Source: a bacterium
GTDB taxonomy: Bacteria > CLD3 > SB21
Direction: 5' to 3'
Length of the DNA stretch: 64,000 nucleotides
Assembly (NCBI GenBank): GCA_013360215.1
Contig: JABWCP010000003.1
Location: 124,001-188,000, forward strand
Within the stretch, counting starts at the first letter, position 1. Each line of letters begins with the position of its first letter. Positions 18,092-27,175 of this stretch are shown piece by piece. Both the position numbers and the translations under genes were made by a program. The notes below the pieces were generated by a model, which saw only the letters and a list, made by a program, of their open reading frames with translations, did not search any database and had not been told where the DNA came from.

Positions 18092-18499
18092 CTAAGGAAT
18101 TTCCGGGCCGGATACAGGAGATTTTCCGGTCGACGTTATCACCACATTATCGCGTGGATGATGTAAATTTTGAATGGATTCTGAATCATTGCGTCCACGC
18201 AATTCAGAAGGAGGTTTACCTAAACGTTTACGCACGGCATCTCTGAATGTGCGCACATGAGCATATCCCGAGGCGTGGCAGATCGTATACAGATCAAGGT
18301 CCCTAAGCAACATCTGAGTCGCCTTTTCTAAACGGTAATTTTCGATGATCGTAAAGGGACTGAGGTGATATAGCCGATGCACTTCATCTCGAAGGTAAGA
18401 ACCGGAAATGCCAAGCATTTCAGCCAGTGAAGCTACCGAAAAACTAGGATTGCTGAAATGTAGATCAATGATCCTGTCAATTTGCTCTTTGCTCAGCAT
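18092..18499 (-). CDS. Stand-alone AraC-family HTH protein
   Basis: NPSFSVASLAEMLGISGSYL, YRLEKA, ICHASGY...FRDAVRKRLGKPPSE; no sensor domain. Confidence 0.85.
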   Translation of the reverse strand: MLSKEQIDRIIDLHFSNPSFSVASLAEMLGISGSYLRDEVHRLYHLSPFTIIENYRLEKATQMLLRDLDLYTICHASGYAHVRTFRDAVRKRLGKPPSELRGRNDSESIQNLHHPRDNVVITSTGKSPVSGPEIP

Positions 18500-18733
18500 A
18501 CGATCTTCCTCCTCGGCACGATTTTAGAAATATATTATTTCCGCAATCTGTCGTATTCTTCTGCGTGGCATGATTAATCACCCGTGACGTCTTTATGTTA
18601 ATAATTCTGCTCAACATGAAGATGTAGCGAGGATTGGTTGCGAGATGGAGCACATCACCGCTTAAATACCGATACTTTGAGCCCTTGATTTACGAATTGT
18701 ATTTTGGAACCCCGATTCATCCTATTCAAAATT

Positions 18734-19873
18734 TTAAGAGATTTCAGATCCATATTGATTTATGTATGCCGTAATGTTTTGGTAGTTATTCATGATCGTA
18801 TTCATAAGCGCGTTTGTTTGATTAATTATTGAATTCTGTAAATTGGAATCCGGATTGATATCAGGTTTAACTAAATACTCCAATAGACTACCGAGAATAT
18901 CCATAGTACCGTTAATTTGGATACTTGCTTCCAGTTGTTGTACCTCCGAAAGAAAATTTTTCCTCAGATAACTCGTGATCCATCTTGAAAGGCGATCGTA
19001 ATCCGATTTTCGATCTCCGATAGAACCTTTATCGGCATAGTTCGTAATATTCCCTGATACAAACTGACCATTGAGTATCAACATCGCAGAGGGATTCACA
19101 TACGCCGTAAGAAAAGTTACTTTGGCAAGATCAACAGCCCAACAATTGGTTGCTCTATAATTTGCCATGGCGTATCGGATCAATTCGGCCGTATAAATAG
19201 CGGCAAAATCACTGAAATAGCCATGATACTGTACAGAGCTTGTATTGGAAGACACCAAGAATTGAATGACATTACTCAGATAAGGCTGCAGCATGGACTG
19301 AGTCTGAAGTAGATTTAATTCTCTTAAGTAATACATATCGGACGGGTCGAGCGTCCCCAACTCACCGCCATGCAAAGAATAGCTTCTTCCTGATTTCACA
19401 TCAGGTGGTATATAGGCAACGTGGTAATTTCTCATGGTGCTGTTTAGTTCGACTTCGACATACGAAGGGCAAGCAAAAAGCAACGGATCGGTGAGTAAGG
19501 CTGCCGCCCAACCGATACCGTTTGGGTTTTTAAGTTGAGTGGACAATATGGCCTCTTCTACTTTTTTTCTCATTTCTTGCGATGTAGCCCTTATGCCGGC
19601 GATACGTGTAAGTGTCTCGGAAACCCCCTGTTGGCCTTGGACAAAAAGATTATAGATTTCACCGGCATCAGCAACAAGCTGAGTGTTTAATACACTCAAA
19701 ACCGTTTTTACGCTTGGCACAGTGGCCTTTGTTTCCGCATCTCGGCCGACAAAAAAGTAAATCCCCTGCGAGGCATTCATTACTCTTATAAAAGGTGTAT
19801 TTGGATAATTGGACAGTTTTAGTTTCAAAACCGGGTTATAAGGAACATCTGACATAGCTGCCTCACTGTGCAT
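18734..19873 (-). CDS. Hypothetical protein (379 aa)
   Basis: Long ORF co-oriented directly downstream of the deaminase; no motif recognised. Confidence 0.7.
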   Translation of the reverse strand: MHSEAAMSDVPYNPVLKLKLSNYPNTPFIRVMNASQGIYFFVGRDAETKATVPSVKTVLSVLNTQLVADAGEIYNLFVQGQQGVSETLTRIAGIRATSQEMRKKVEEAILSTQLKNPNGIGWAAALLTDPLLFACPSYVEVELNSTMRNYHVAYIPPDVKSGRSYSLHGGELGTLDPSDMYYLRELNLLQTQSMLQPYLSNVIQFLVSSNTSSVQYHGYFSDFAAIYTAELIRYAMANYRATNCWAVDLAKVTFLTAYVNPSAMLILNGQFVSGNITNYADKGSIGDRKSDYDRLSRWITSYLRKNFLSEVQQLEASIQINGTMDILGSLLEYLVKPDINPDSNLQNSIINQTNALMNTIMNNYQNITAYINQYGSEIS

Positions 19874-19963
19874 GATTGCACATTTTTTTTAACATTTAGA
19901 TTGTTTTCTGCTTTTAGAAATCGACCGTAAATAGAACCGAAAGCCTATAATGCATACACGGTG

Positions 19964-20914
19964 TTATTGATTTTTCTTTATGCGTTGAACCATGTAGGTA
20001 TTACCTATTTTCTTACCGGTTAGGCTGCCTTTACTCATAAAATAAACCGGCATGCACGAGGGATCTATAGGAAGCGGAACATTATCACATGAACCATTGG
20101 AAGGTTGTATTAACTCATAGAGTAGTAAGAATGCCTCTTGTAAGGTTTGGTTTTCAGCAAAGATCGGAGTGTATGCTAAAAATTTATTTGTTTCATTAGA
20201 GTACAACATTTGGGCTTGAGATGAAGCCAAAAAGGCGACAATATTACAATTACAAACATCTCCTGAGCCACAATATTGTGCATACGCATTATTAATGGCT
20301 TGGTAAAAATCGAGTTTTGATGCAACGGGCTTAGTAACGCGTGGATATGGTGGATAACCACCGGGAAGTGATTTTGAATTTAACAGCAACCTTTGGAGTG
20401 CGCCGCCAAAACAAGGGTCATGTTGAGCATAAATCGTAAGAGGAACTTTTTCTAAGCTCATCATTCCGGCGCACATGGCACATTCTTCCAGATTAGTATA
20501 AATGGTACAGTTTTCCAGATAATAATTACCCGTACAAAAAGAATATTGTTGCATTACGCGTACTTCGCCATGCTGGGTTCCATTGTTGAAACACCCCACG
20601 CAGTTAAGCGCGTAAGCTATACTCGTGTCATTCCAATCTATCATGACTGATCCGATGTTATAACCACGCATAAATTGACCATTTGATGGATCGGAATTCG
20701 TTTGCCAGTCTCTATAAATACACGCGATACCGGCTCTGGAAGCCATCATATCCGCTTCTTCCCTTGCATTTTGAGGTACATATTTATCAATATAAGATAC
20801 CTTTTTAGTGTCTTTGTTTTGCCCCCATACCATGGAATTCGATCCGCCCGTGAGTACAGTGACGAAAATCAGAATCATCGCTTTTTTTAGTTTTAGATTA
20901 TTCATTGTGCTCAA
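19964..20914 (-). CDS. Exported zinc-dependent nucleoside/nucleotide deaminase (CDA fold)
   Basis: HGE...TIYTNLEECAMCAGMM (HxE/CxxC); N-terminal signal peptide; Cys-rich. Confidence 0.75.
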   Translation of the reverse strand: MSTMNNLKLKKAMILIFVTVLTGGSNSMVWGQNKDTKKVSYIDKYVPQNAREEADMMASRAGIACIYRDWQTNSDPSNGQFMRGYNIGSVMIDWNDTSIAYALNCVGCFNNGTQHGEVRVMQQYSFCTGNYYLENCTIYTNLEECAMCAGMMSLEKVPLTIYAQHDPCFGGALQRLLLNSKSLPGGYPPYPRVTKPVASKLDFYQAINNAYAQYCGSGDVCNCNIVAFLASSQAQMLYSNETNKFLAYTPIFAENQTLQEAFLLLYELIQPSNGSCDNVPLPIDPSCMPVYFMSKGSLTGKKIGNTYMVQRIKKNQ

Positions 20915-21165
20915 AAGTTTCTCCTACTCATCTGGCTTTTCGGTTAACGCCCCGTTTTATGTGTGGTTTCTGGACTCCACGTTGTTTTATAACAAACCAA
21001 TTTTCGTCGAGGTTTTTATATTCGAATACCTTTTTCGATTTTAGATGCTAATTAAAACAGCATATAACGCAGCAACGCCACAAAATCGAAAAATCGCAGA
21101 AACGTAGAAAAATTGAATTTTATAATGAGATATGATTGTTTTAAAATTAAAGTCCGTCAGGCCAT

Positions 21166-21210
21166 TTGTCAACTTCGGGAATCGAAGGCGTTTTTCGCAG
21201 GTGTTTTTCG
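21166..21210. repeat. 45-bp direct repeat, copy 1
   Basis: TTGTCAACTTCGGGAATCGAAGGCGTTTTTCGCAGGTGTTTTTCG, identical to 23588-23632. Confidence 0.97.
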
Positions 21211-21633
21211 CATCTGAATGTTCGTTTTGTCAATACGATTTTGTCGTCTGACAGGCCCGAAAGCAATAGCCTCAAAAGAATGATTAAATCGAACAATTAT
21301 CATCAAAGGAATTCCGGTGTTTCGAATCAGCCAAAGATCACGCAAAGAAAGGTGCAAAAGCCCGGACGGGTGCGAGTGGTAAATTCCTAAAAACTTGAAC
21401 CCTTTCATTTTGAAATGAGAACTGGCCTCCATCAATGAATTAACGGATAGAGCAAAACCGTTTGATCGGTTCGATTGATTTTGGATTGGATATACGGACG
21501 CAACATATATCGTTCTGTTTTTTTTAATCCCCCCCAATGCTCCGCAAATCTCTCCGGTGGGGTTTTTCTGTAATTGTTTACGAAGCATTTGTGCCGGTAG
21601 TTTGTCAATCTCTATTTTTTGATACCCTATCAT
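21169..21633 (-). CDS. JAB/MPN (Mov34) metalloprotease
   Basis: EICG...YHSHPSGLLHLSLRD is an intact E...HxH-x7-S-x2-D motif; ATGA overlap with the upstream stop. Confidence 0.88.
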   Translation of the reverse strand: MIGYQKIEIDKLPAQMLRKQLQKNPTGEICGALGGIKKNRTIYVASVYPIQNQSNRSNGFALSVNSLMEASSHFKMKGFKFLGIYHSHPSGLLHLSLRDLWLIRNTGIPLMIIVRFNHSFEAIAFGPVRRQNRIDKTNIQMRKTPAKNAFDSRS

Positions 21634-22742
21634 CGCGTCGAACTCCCCAAGCAATAATGACAATTATCCAGACCGTGAGCTTGAGCTTCATTGACGCTGT
21701 AAAAAATCCGTTTATGTTCGTTCGTAATAAGGTGAAGATACGGGCAATTTGCGATGTGCAGTTCCATCGTTCCCCTGTTCGTATTGCCGATCAGGTAACC
21801 GTAAACCCCGAGCGCTTGTTCCGCTTTGAGAGCAGAAAGCGATGGAGTCGCCGGACGGGTCGCGACAGTTTGCCAATGTTGACTGATACGCGTCTCGTAT
21901 TTCGATGATTTATTGGAAGAGCCACCGGGGGATAATACGCCTCCGGGAAATCCCGTAATACCTTCGATGATCATACCCCCTCCTATCACGCCAAGGGTCC
22001 AACCTGCAACCGGATTTACAGGCGCTATCAGAACCCCTGCGGTAACCAAAAAAGCCCCGACTACCGTTTCAACAGGATTATCATCGGCGCCGATCACGAG
22101 CAAACCAGCATCAGTAAGATATCGTGGCGCGTCCGGAAAAGAAATGGAAGAAGCTTGCTTTTGAATCGAAACCAATTGTTTTATAAATTTTTCAGTACTA
22201 GTGGACTGAACGAGTTTTTTTCTAGGCAAACAATAGACTTCGTAAATGTATGACATCTCCTCTAACGAAATGCCCAAGGCCTTGATTGCGTAAGCCTCCT
22301 CTTTGCTAAAAAAGGAAGGGTTCGAAAAAACAGAAGCTTCGGAGGAATGTTTTCTTATTTCTTTCCAACGCCCATGAGCGTTTTTATTGGTAATCAGTCC
22401 CTCACTGGCTTTTCGGATCATATTTTGAAAGTGCACCTCTGCCGCATCGCCCGATCTTGCGATTTTTTTCTGTATCTCATCTTTAACGGGCTTCCCGGAT
22501 AAAGAACCACGAACAACCGCCCCGACTCGCCTGTGGTATTTGAGTACAAATCGCGCGTATTGGGCCGCCTCAATCGCAGCACTATCACGGGCAATATCCG
22601 TGATAGCTTTGGGGCAACCATCTCGAACCTTTTGCTTACGTCCAAACAGTTTCGTATTCTTTCTAAACCCCGGAGTCATTTTAAGGAAATCCTCGAATTG
22701 GTCTCGGGATGTAAATTTGATTTGCTTAGAAATACTTTTCAT
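21630..22742 (-). CDS. Hypothetical protein with Gly-rich hydrophobic hairpin and C-terminal Ada-like Zn-binding domain
   Basis: VVGAFLVTAGVLIAPVNPVAGWTLGVIGGGMII; C-terminal IGN...ELHIANC...FYSVNEAQAHGLDNCHYC; ATG at 22742. Confidence 0.7.
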   Translation of the reverse strand: MKSISKQIKFTSRDQFEDFLKMTPGFRKNTKLFGRKQKVRDGCPKAITDIARDSAAIEAAQYARFVLKYHRRVGAVVRGSLSGKPVKDEIQKKIARSGDAAEVHFQNMIRKASEGLITNKNAHGRWKEIRKHSSEASVFSNPSFFSKEEAYAIKALGISLEEMSYIYEVYCLPRKKLVQSTSTEKFIKQLVSIQKQASSISFPDAPRYLTDAGLLVIGADDNPVETVVGAFLVTAGVLIAPVNPVAGWTLGVIGGGMIIEGITGFPGGVLSPGGSSNKSSKYETRISQHWQTVATRPATPSLSALKAEQALGVYGYLIGNTNRGTMELHIANCPYLHLITNEHKRIFYSVNEAQAHGLDNCHYCLGSSTR

Positions 22743-22905
22743 GGGATTTCTTGCCTTAAAGTGAAAAATCTGCAACGCATTTTTTTTTACTATTAAACTA
22801 TTGCTGAATCACATCCCTTCATCGATTAACATTTTCATCACACGTGGCTATTGATTGTATTCATTGCACTCTCCGCTTAATTTATTTCTGATTGTTGCAA
22901 GCATA

Positions 22906-23379
22906 TTATTTACGTTCGGCAATGGATGAACCGTTGGCGTCAGCCGCAGTGCTTGTAAAATGACCTTTCAGCATTTTTTCGTTTTCATTAATTATCCAAG
23001 TTATAGTACCAGTACTAGCTCTTTGTTTACCATGTTCAGAAAATGTGATCCACACTTTACTCTTTTCAATTGTTCCTTCAAGCGTTATAGGGGTCCGCGC
23101 TTCAAAAGGATATTCGACATCGTTTTCCCAACATTTTTCACCGGTTGCTTTGATTTGGGCACCGTCTTGATGAATAAAAATACGGTATCCAAGTTTTAAT
23201 TTCAGAAAAGGCGCGTATGACGTATGCTCGATCGTATTGGTAACGCGCCATTCTCCGTTTAAGTCAATATTCGGATGACTTTGCAAGTATTCTATAATCC
23301 CCAAAACGGTTGAAATGAATCCCACAACAGCCACAACGGTAGCAATTAACTTTTTAGCAACCGAATTCAACATGAGCAT
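22906..23379 (-). CDS. N-terminal TM plus lipocalin-like beta-barrel (Cap15/S-2TM-beta-like pattern)
   Basis: TM, then PNIDLNGEW, IHQDG, GTITW, LKGHFTS, GSSIAER. Confidence 0.5.
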   Translation of the reverse strand: MLMLNSVAKKLIATVVAVVGFISTVLGIIEYLQSHPNIDLNGEWRVTNTIEHTSYAPFLKLKLGYRIFIHQDGAQIKATGEKCWENDVEYPFEARTPITLEGTIEKSKVWITFSEHGKQRASTGTITWIINENEKMLKGHFTSTAADANGSSIAERK

Positions 23380-23587
23380 GGTATGACCCTTTCAACTCAT
23401 AAAGCTATAACAACAGTGTTGTGTTTGAAGTCAATGTGGAACGCAACAAAACGTCAATGAGATAAATTTACTTATTCAGGCGGCCTTAGTAGTTCTCGCA
23501 ATTAAAGTCGCTCGTCCTAAGTTTAAGTGTCGATCCTCTGATGGGAGTGAATACTGCACGTTACAAGTTAATCTACCTTAAATCAGC

Positions 23588-23632
23588 TTGTCAACTTCGG
23601 GAATCGAAGGCGTTTTTCGCAGGTGTTTTTCG
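23588..23632. repeat. 45-bp direct repeat, copy 2
   Basis: Identical to 21166-21210. Confidence 0.97.
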
Positions 23633-24052
23633 TAATTTATTAGATCGCTTCATTCCGATGTTAAATGTTTTTTGAAGATTCGTTTTTAACTGTGATAAGT
23701 ATGATTGTAAAACCATCAATCTTCCTTCTTGATGCAATCTTGAGCGAATATCAGCCGGTGCTTCTCCTAATCGTTTTTTAAATGCGTCTCTAAGCGTATG
23801 AGGGTTGGCATAACCGCTCTGACGGCATATCTCATACATATTTAAGGATTCATCATGAAGCAATGATAAGGCCCTCTCCAGTCGTTTGTTTTCGATCATA
23901 TCGTACGGGCACATGCTGTATTGCCGCCATGCCAGATCACGCAGATAAGTTGTTGATATGCCCAGATGATCGGCCAATTGCTGAACCGAAAACTCAGGTT
24001 TTGTAAATTCTTTGTTTATAGTATCGTGAATGCCCGTTATTTTCTTTTTCAT
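23591..24052 (-). CDS. Stand-alone AraC-family HTH protein (paralogue of 18092-18499)
   Basis: PEFSVQQLADHLGISTTYLRD, IENKRLERA, ICRQSGY...LRDAFKKRLGEAP. Confidence 0.85.
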   Translation of the reverse strand: MKKKITGIHDTINKEFTKPEFSVQQLADHLGISTTYLRDLAWRQYSMCPYDMIENKRLERALSLLHDESLNMYEICRQSGYANPHTLRDAFKKRLGEAPADIRSRLHQEGRLMVLQSYLSQLKTNLQKTFNIGMKRSNKLRKTPAKNAFDSRS

Positions 24053-24078
24053 TTTTATGTCCCTCTTAATACGAAAAA

Positions 24079-25311
24079 TTAACTCCTGAATTTTTTGATA
24101 TAATCGTCAAAATTCCAATTCTTGAGTTTGCTTACCACCGCATCAACACCGTTCTTAAACAATTTTTTTTTATCTTCATCGGAGACATCGAAATCCGTCG
24201 TGCCTATTTTTAGCCCGTTGCCGACTTCGTTGCTAATGCGAATGATCCGTTCCTGAGCATGAGGATTCTCTTTGATATACGATTTATCACCGTATTCTGA
24301 AGCGGTTCCGAATACAGCGATACTAAACTTGAAGAGGTTACTAAACGAATTCGGCTTTCTGGGCGTACCCAATTTTTCATCGATCAATAGCCCGAAAGTC
24401 GGGCACTGGGGTTTTTTATAATCACCCGAATTAGAATTACGGCCCGAATCAAATATTGCCAACGGAAAATTGGATACGACGCCTCCATCCACGAAGACAA
24501 TATCCTCATTGTCTTTGAGATTGCTCTGTCCCGTAAACTGAGACAGTAGGAACGGTTCGAAAAAAAAAGGGATAGACATGGATGCACGAACGAGATCACC
24601 GACCAGAATTCGATCGTCATTAATTACATAAGCCGGCAAATCCTTTGGAAAAATACTTTTATCTTCATAGGAAACGTCGGATACGACTAACTGAAAATCG
24701 GTAACAAGGGGAGAATTGTTGATGAGAATTTTTTGATTTTGAAATTGGGTATGCTTCAGCTCGGCTACGGTAAATGGTTTGTCGTTGTTCAATTGCATGA
24801 GGGCATCATTAATGAACTTCCTGAATTCATCGCCGGGGTTTATACCATAACGGTTCCATATATCTAAGGCATTTCTAAGTCCGCTAATAATCCGTTTTAG
24901 TAATCCGGAATTTTTATTTCCAAAATCTTTTACAAGAGTCTGCGCGTCGTTACCCCCATCTACAAAATCGAAAAAATTTTTATTGGCTAGAATATTGAGT
25001 TGATGAAATGATTTTTCCGATCGCGGATCGTTTCCGACAGCAAGAAAGGACGCGTTGATGGCTCCGGCGGACGTTCCGGCAACTTTTCTGAATCTTAACC
25101 CGAGTTGCTCTAAAGCAAAAATCGCACCGACGGTGGCAATTCCTTTGACGCCGCCGCCCTCCATGACCAAATCAATAAATCCTATATCCCTATTATTGGT
25201 ATCTTTGGTAATGAGTTTGGTGATATTCCTGAGTTCAAAATTTTGTTTTAAATTAGATATGACAGAGATGATTTCTTCAGAAACAAATTCTTCAGGCCTT
25301 AAATTTCCCAC
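24079..25311 (-). CDS. Patatin-like phospholipase
   Basis: EGGGVKG, GTSAG nucleophile, RASMSIPFFFEP, DGG. Confidence 0.93.
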   Translation of the reverse strand: MGNLRPEEFVSEEIISVISNLKQNFELRNITKLITKDTNNRDIGFIDLVMEGGGVKGIATVGAIFALEQLGLRFRKVAGTSAGAINASFLAVGNDPRSEKSFHQLNILANKNFFDFVDGGNDAQTLVKDFGNKNSGLLKRIISGLRNALDIWNRYGINPGDEFRKFINDALMQLNNDKPFTVAELKHTQFQNQKILINNSPLVTDFQLVVSDVSYEDKSIFPKDLPAYVINDDRILVGDLVRASMSIPFFFEPFLLSQFTGQSNLKDNEDIVFVDGGVVSNFPLAIFDSGRNSNSGDYKKPQCPTFGLLIDEKLGTPRKPNSFSNLFKFSIAVFGTASEYGDKSYIKENPHAQERIIRISNEVGNGLKIGTTDFDVSDEDKKKLFKNGVDAVVSKLKNWNFDDYIKKFRS

Positions 25312-25372
25312 AATGCTTACCCCCCTTAAGTTTAATCATTGAATGAGAGAGAAGGAACTACTTATCAAAAAC

Positions 25373-25624
25373 TCATTTCTCCTTCTCCAGTTTCCACCAC
25401 GCCGACTTGCATACCGAGCGTATGGGAGGAAAAACCTGGCCATATTTAAGTACGGCATACATCTCATCATCAGCGGGTTTTGAGTCGGTAGCATGATCGG
25501 CATAGGATTCAAAAATATAAACCCCGGCGCGCGTACAAACCATGCCAGTGATAAACCGCGTGCGCTGCGTTTCACATGCCGCTTTGTTTGTCGGCTCCGA
25601 TGCGGGAGAAGGAAATTGTTTCAT
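25373..25624 (-). CDS. Small YjzC-like protein
   Basis: TG-x-x-C-x-x-AGVY...LKYGQVFPP...WKL pattern; co-oriented upstream of the patatin. Confidence 0.5.
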   Translation of the reverse strand: MKQFPSPASEPTNKAACETQRTRFITGMVCTRAGVYIFESYADHATDSKPADDEMYAVLKYGQVFPPIRSVCKSAWWKLEKEK

Positions 25625-25820
25625 TTTACCCTAACGCTATGATTGAAAGTTTTGTACACTTTTTGGAATCATGCTATGATGTCTCATAGACCCCAGCACG
25701 GAGGCCCGGTACGGCAATAAGAAGTGGGAGGGGTTTTCTTTCATTGAGTACCGGCCTCGGCTGATTTTGACATTAACCATGTCCTAAACTAAGAGACCCA
25801 ATTATCATATTTGTTTCAAT

Positions 25821-26396
25821 TTAATACCCGGAGCACCATTGGAAATGCATCGGGTTTCTATATTTTTTTTTCCAACTGCCACCCCATTCAAATCCATGCG
25901 ATTGAAATACACGAACGATGTCGGAATTCATATCGCCTCTTGTCCCCGGCGCATTTGTATGCGGATTGAGATCAATAGCTATACCCCAGCAGTGCGTGGA
26001 AAGATGCGTTTGATTGTTTTTATTACGGTACACATAACAGCCACCATACGACTGAATATGCCGATGCAAATTTTTTTCGTATATGACCTGGAATACCTTA
26101 GTAAAAGTTGAAATTAGTTTTTTGTGACAGTATATTTTGCCCACTTTTATATCCGAATAACTTGAGAACGGAATGGTAAATGGAATATCCGCAAATCCCA
26201 TCTGTCCCTCTTCCCAGCTACGTTTGATCGAACCGTCTTGATTGACATAATTAAAAATATCACCGAACGTCAGCATGATCTCATCCAATTCATAAGGCGG
26301 GTTTATCGGCGGCGGCACTGACGGGTAGATATCATCCAGACGAAGCGGAATCCTAAACAGCGTTTTTTCTTGTTTATCCGTTATCATTGAGTTCAT
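25821..26396 (-). CDS. M15-family (M15C-like) peptidoglycan metallopeptidase
   Basis: GGCYVYR, LSTHCWGIAIDLN, WGGSW, PMHFQ. Confidence 0.88.
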   Translation of the reverse strand: MNSMITDKQEKTLFRIPLRLDDIYPSVPPPINPPYELDEIMLTFGDIFNYVNQDGSIKRSWEEGQMGFADIPFTIPFSSYSDIKVGKIYCHKKLISTFTKVFQVIYEKNLHRHIQSYGGCYVYRNKNNQTHLSTHCWGIAIDLNPHTNAPGTRGDMNSDIVRVFQSHGFEWGGSWKKKYRNPMHFQWCSGY

Positions 26397-26560
26397 TGCC
26401 TTGGTTCCGTATGATCATATTGTAATAAGACAGCTTTTTTTAAAAAAAAACATAAACTGATTTTCAAATCTGCGATTTGTTCTCAAAACCATTAAAATCA
26501 AATCTTTAAAAGACATTCTATTCTAAAGACTCACGTTTTTTAATCATCGGAACGCCATTC

Positions 26561-27175
26561 ATGTTGTTTTCAGGCACAAGATTTAAAGATTTATCGGACT
26601 CCGAATTGATCGAAGCCTATCGAAAATCTATGAACGATCGGTATCTTAACGAACTATTTAGTCGTTATGCGTATCTCGTTTTATTTGTTTGTAATAAATA
26701 TTTCAGTAATGCCGAGGACTCCAGAGACGCTACGATGGAAGTTTTGGAGAAACTGGCGCAGGGGATCGTCAAGTCTGATGTGAAGAATTTTAAGTCGTGG
26801 TTGTATGTGGTTACAAAAAATTTCTGCCTCAATAAACTTCAAAAATCTAAAGGCTTAGACTTTCAGTTTGTCCCCATTGATGGTGATGAAACAAATTATT
26901 TTATGTATTTTTCTGAGATAGACAGTCTTATTGATGAAGACGATGATCATAGTTTGAAAATGAAGCAGGCTTTAAAAGAAGCCATAGAGGCCTTGGATCC
27001 TCATCAGAGGGAATGTTTGGTGCTCTTCTACTATGAGAAAAAAAGCTATAATGAAATCATGGAAATTAAAAATTGGGATAAAGACCAGGTCCGTAGTTAT
27101 TTGCAGAACGGACGAAGAAACATTAAGATCTATCTAAAGAAAAGCGGGCTGTATGTCGAAAATATCGAAAACTGA
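26561..27175 (+). CDS. ECF RNA polymerase sigma factor
   Basis: Region 2 FKSWLYVVTKNFCLN; region 4 QRECLVLFYYEKKSYNEI...VRSYLQNGRRNIK. Confidence 0.95.
   Translation: MLFSGTRFKDLSDSELIEAYRKSMNDRYLNELFSRYAYLVLFVCNKYFSNAEDSRDATMEVLEKLAQGIVKSDVKNFKSWLYVVTKNFCLNKLQKSKGLDFQFVPIDGDETNYFMYFSEIDSLIDEDDDHSLKMKQALKEAIEALDPHQRECLVLFYYEKKSYNEIMEIKNWDKDQVRSYLQNGRRNIKIYLKKSGLYVENIEN
26900..26933 (+). promoter_or_regulatory. Putative ECF promoter inside the sigma gene (would drive anti-sigma and CHAT-C)
   Basis: TTTATGTATTTT-N13-GTCTTATTG; same bipartite motif and spacing as 28981-29014 on the minus strand. Confidence 0.55.

Noticed and set aside
25821-26396. M15 peptidase as evidence of a prophage endolysin
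   Set aside because: No holin, structural or integrase genes nearby.
300-26400. A single integrative element spanning the accessory region
   Set aside because: No tRNA target, terminal att repeats, integrase or transposase was visible, so boundaries cannot be supported.
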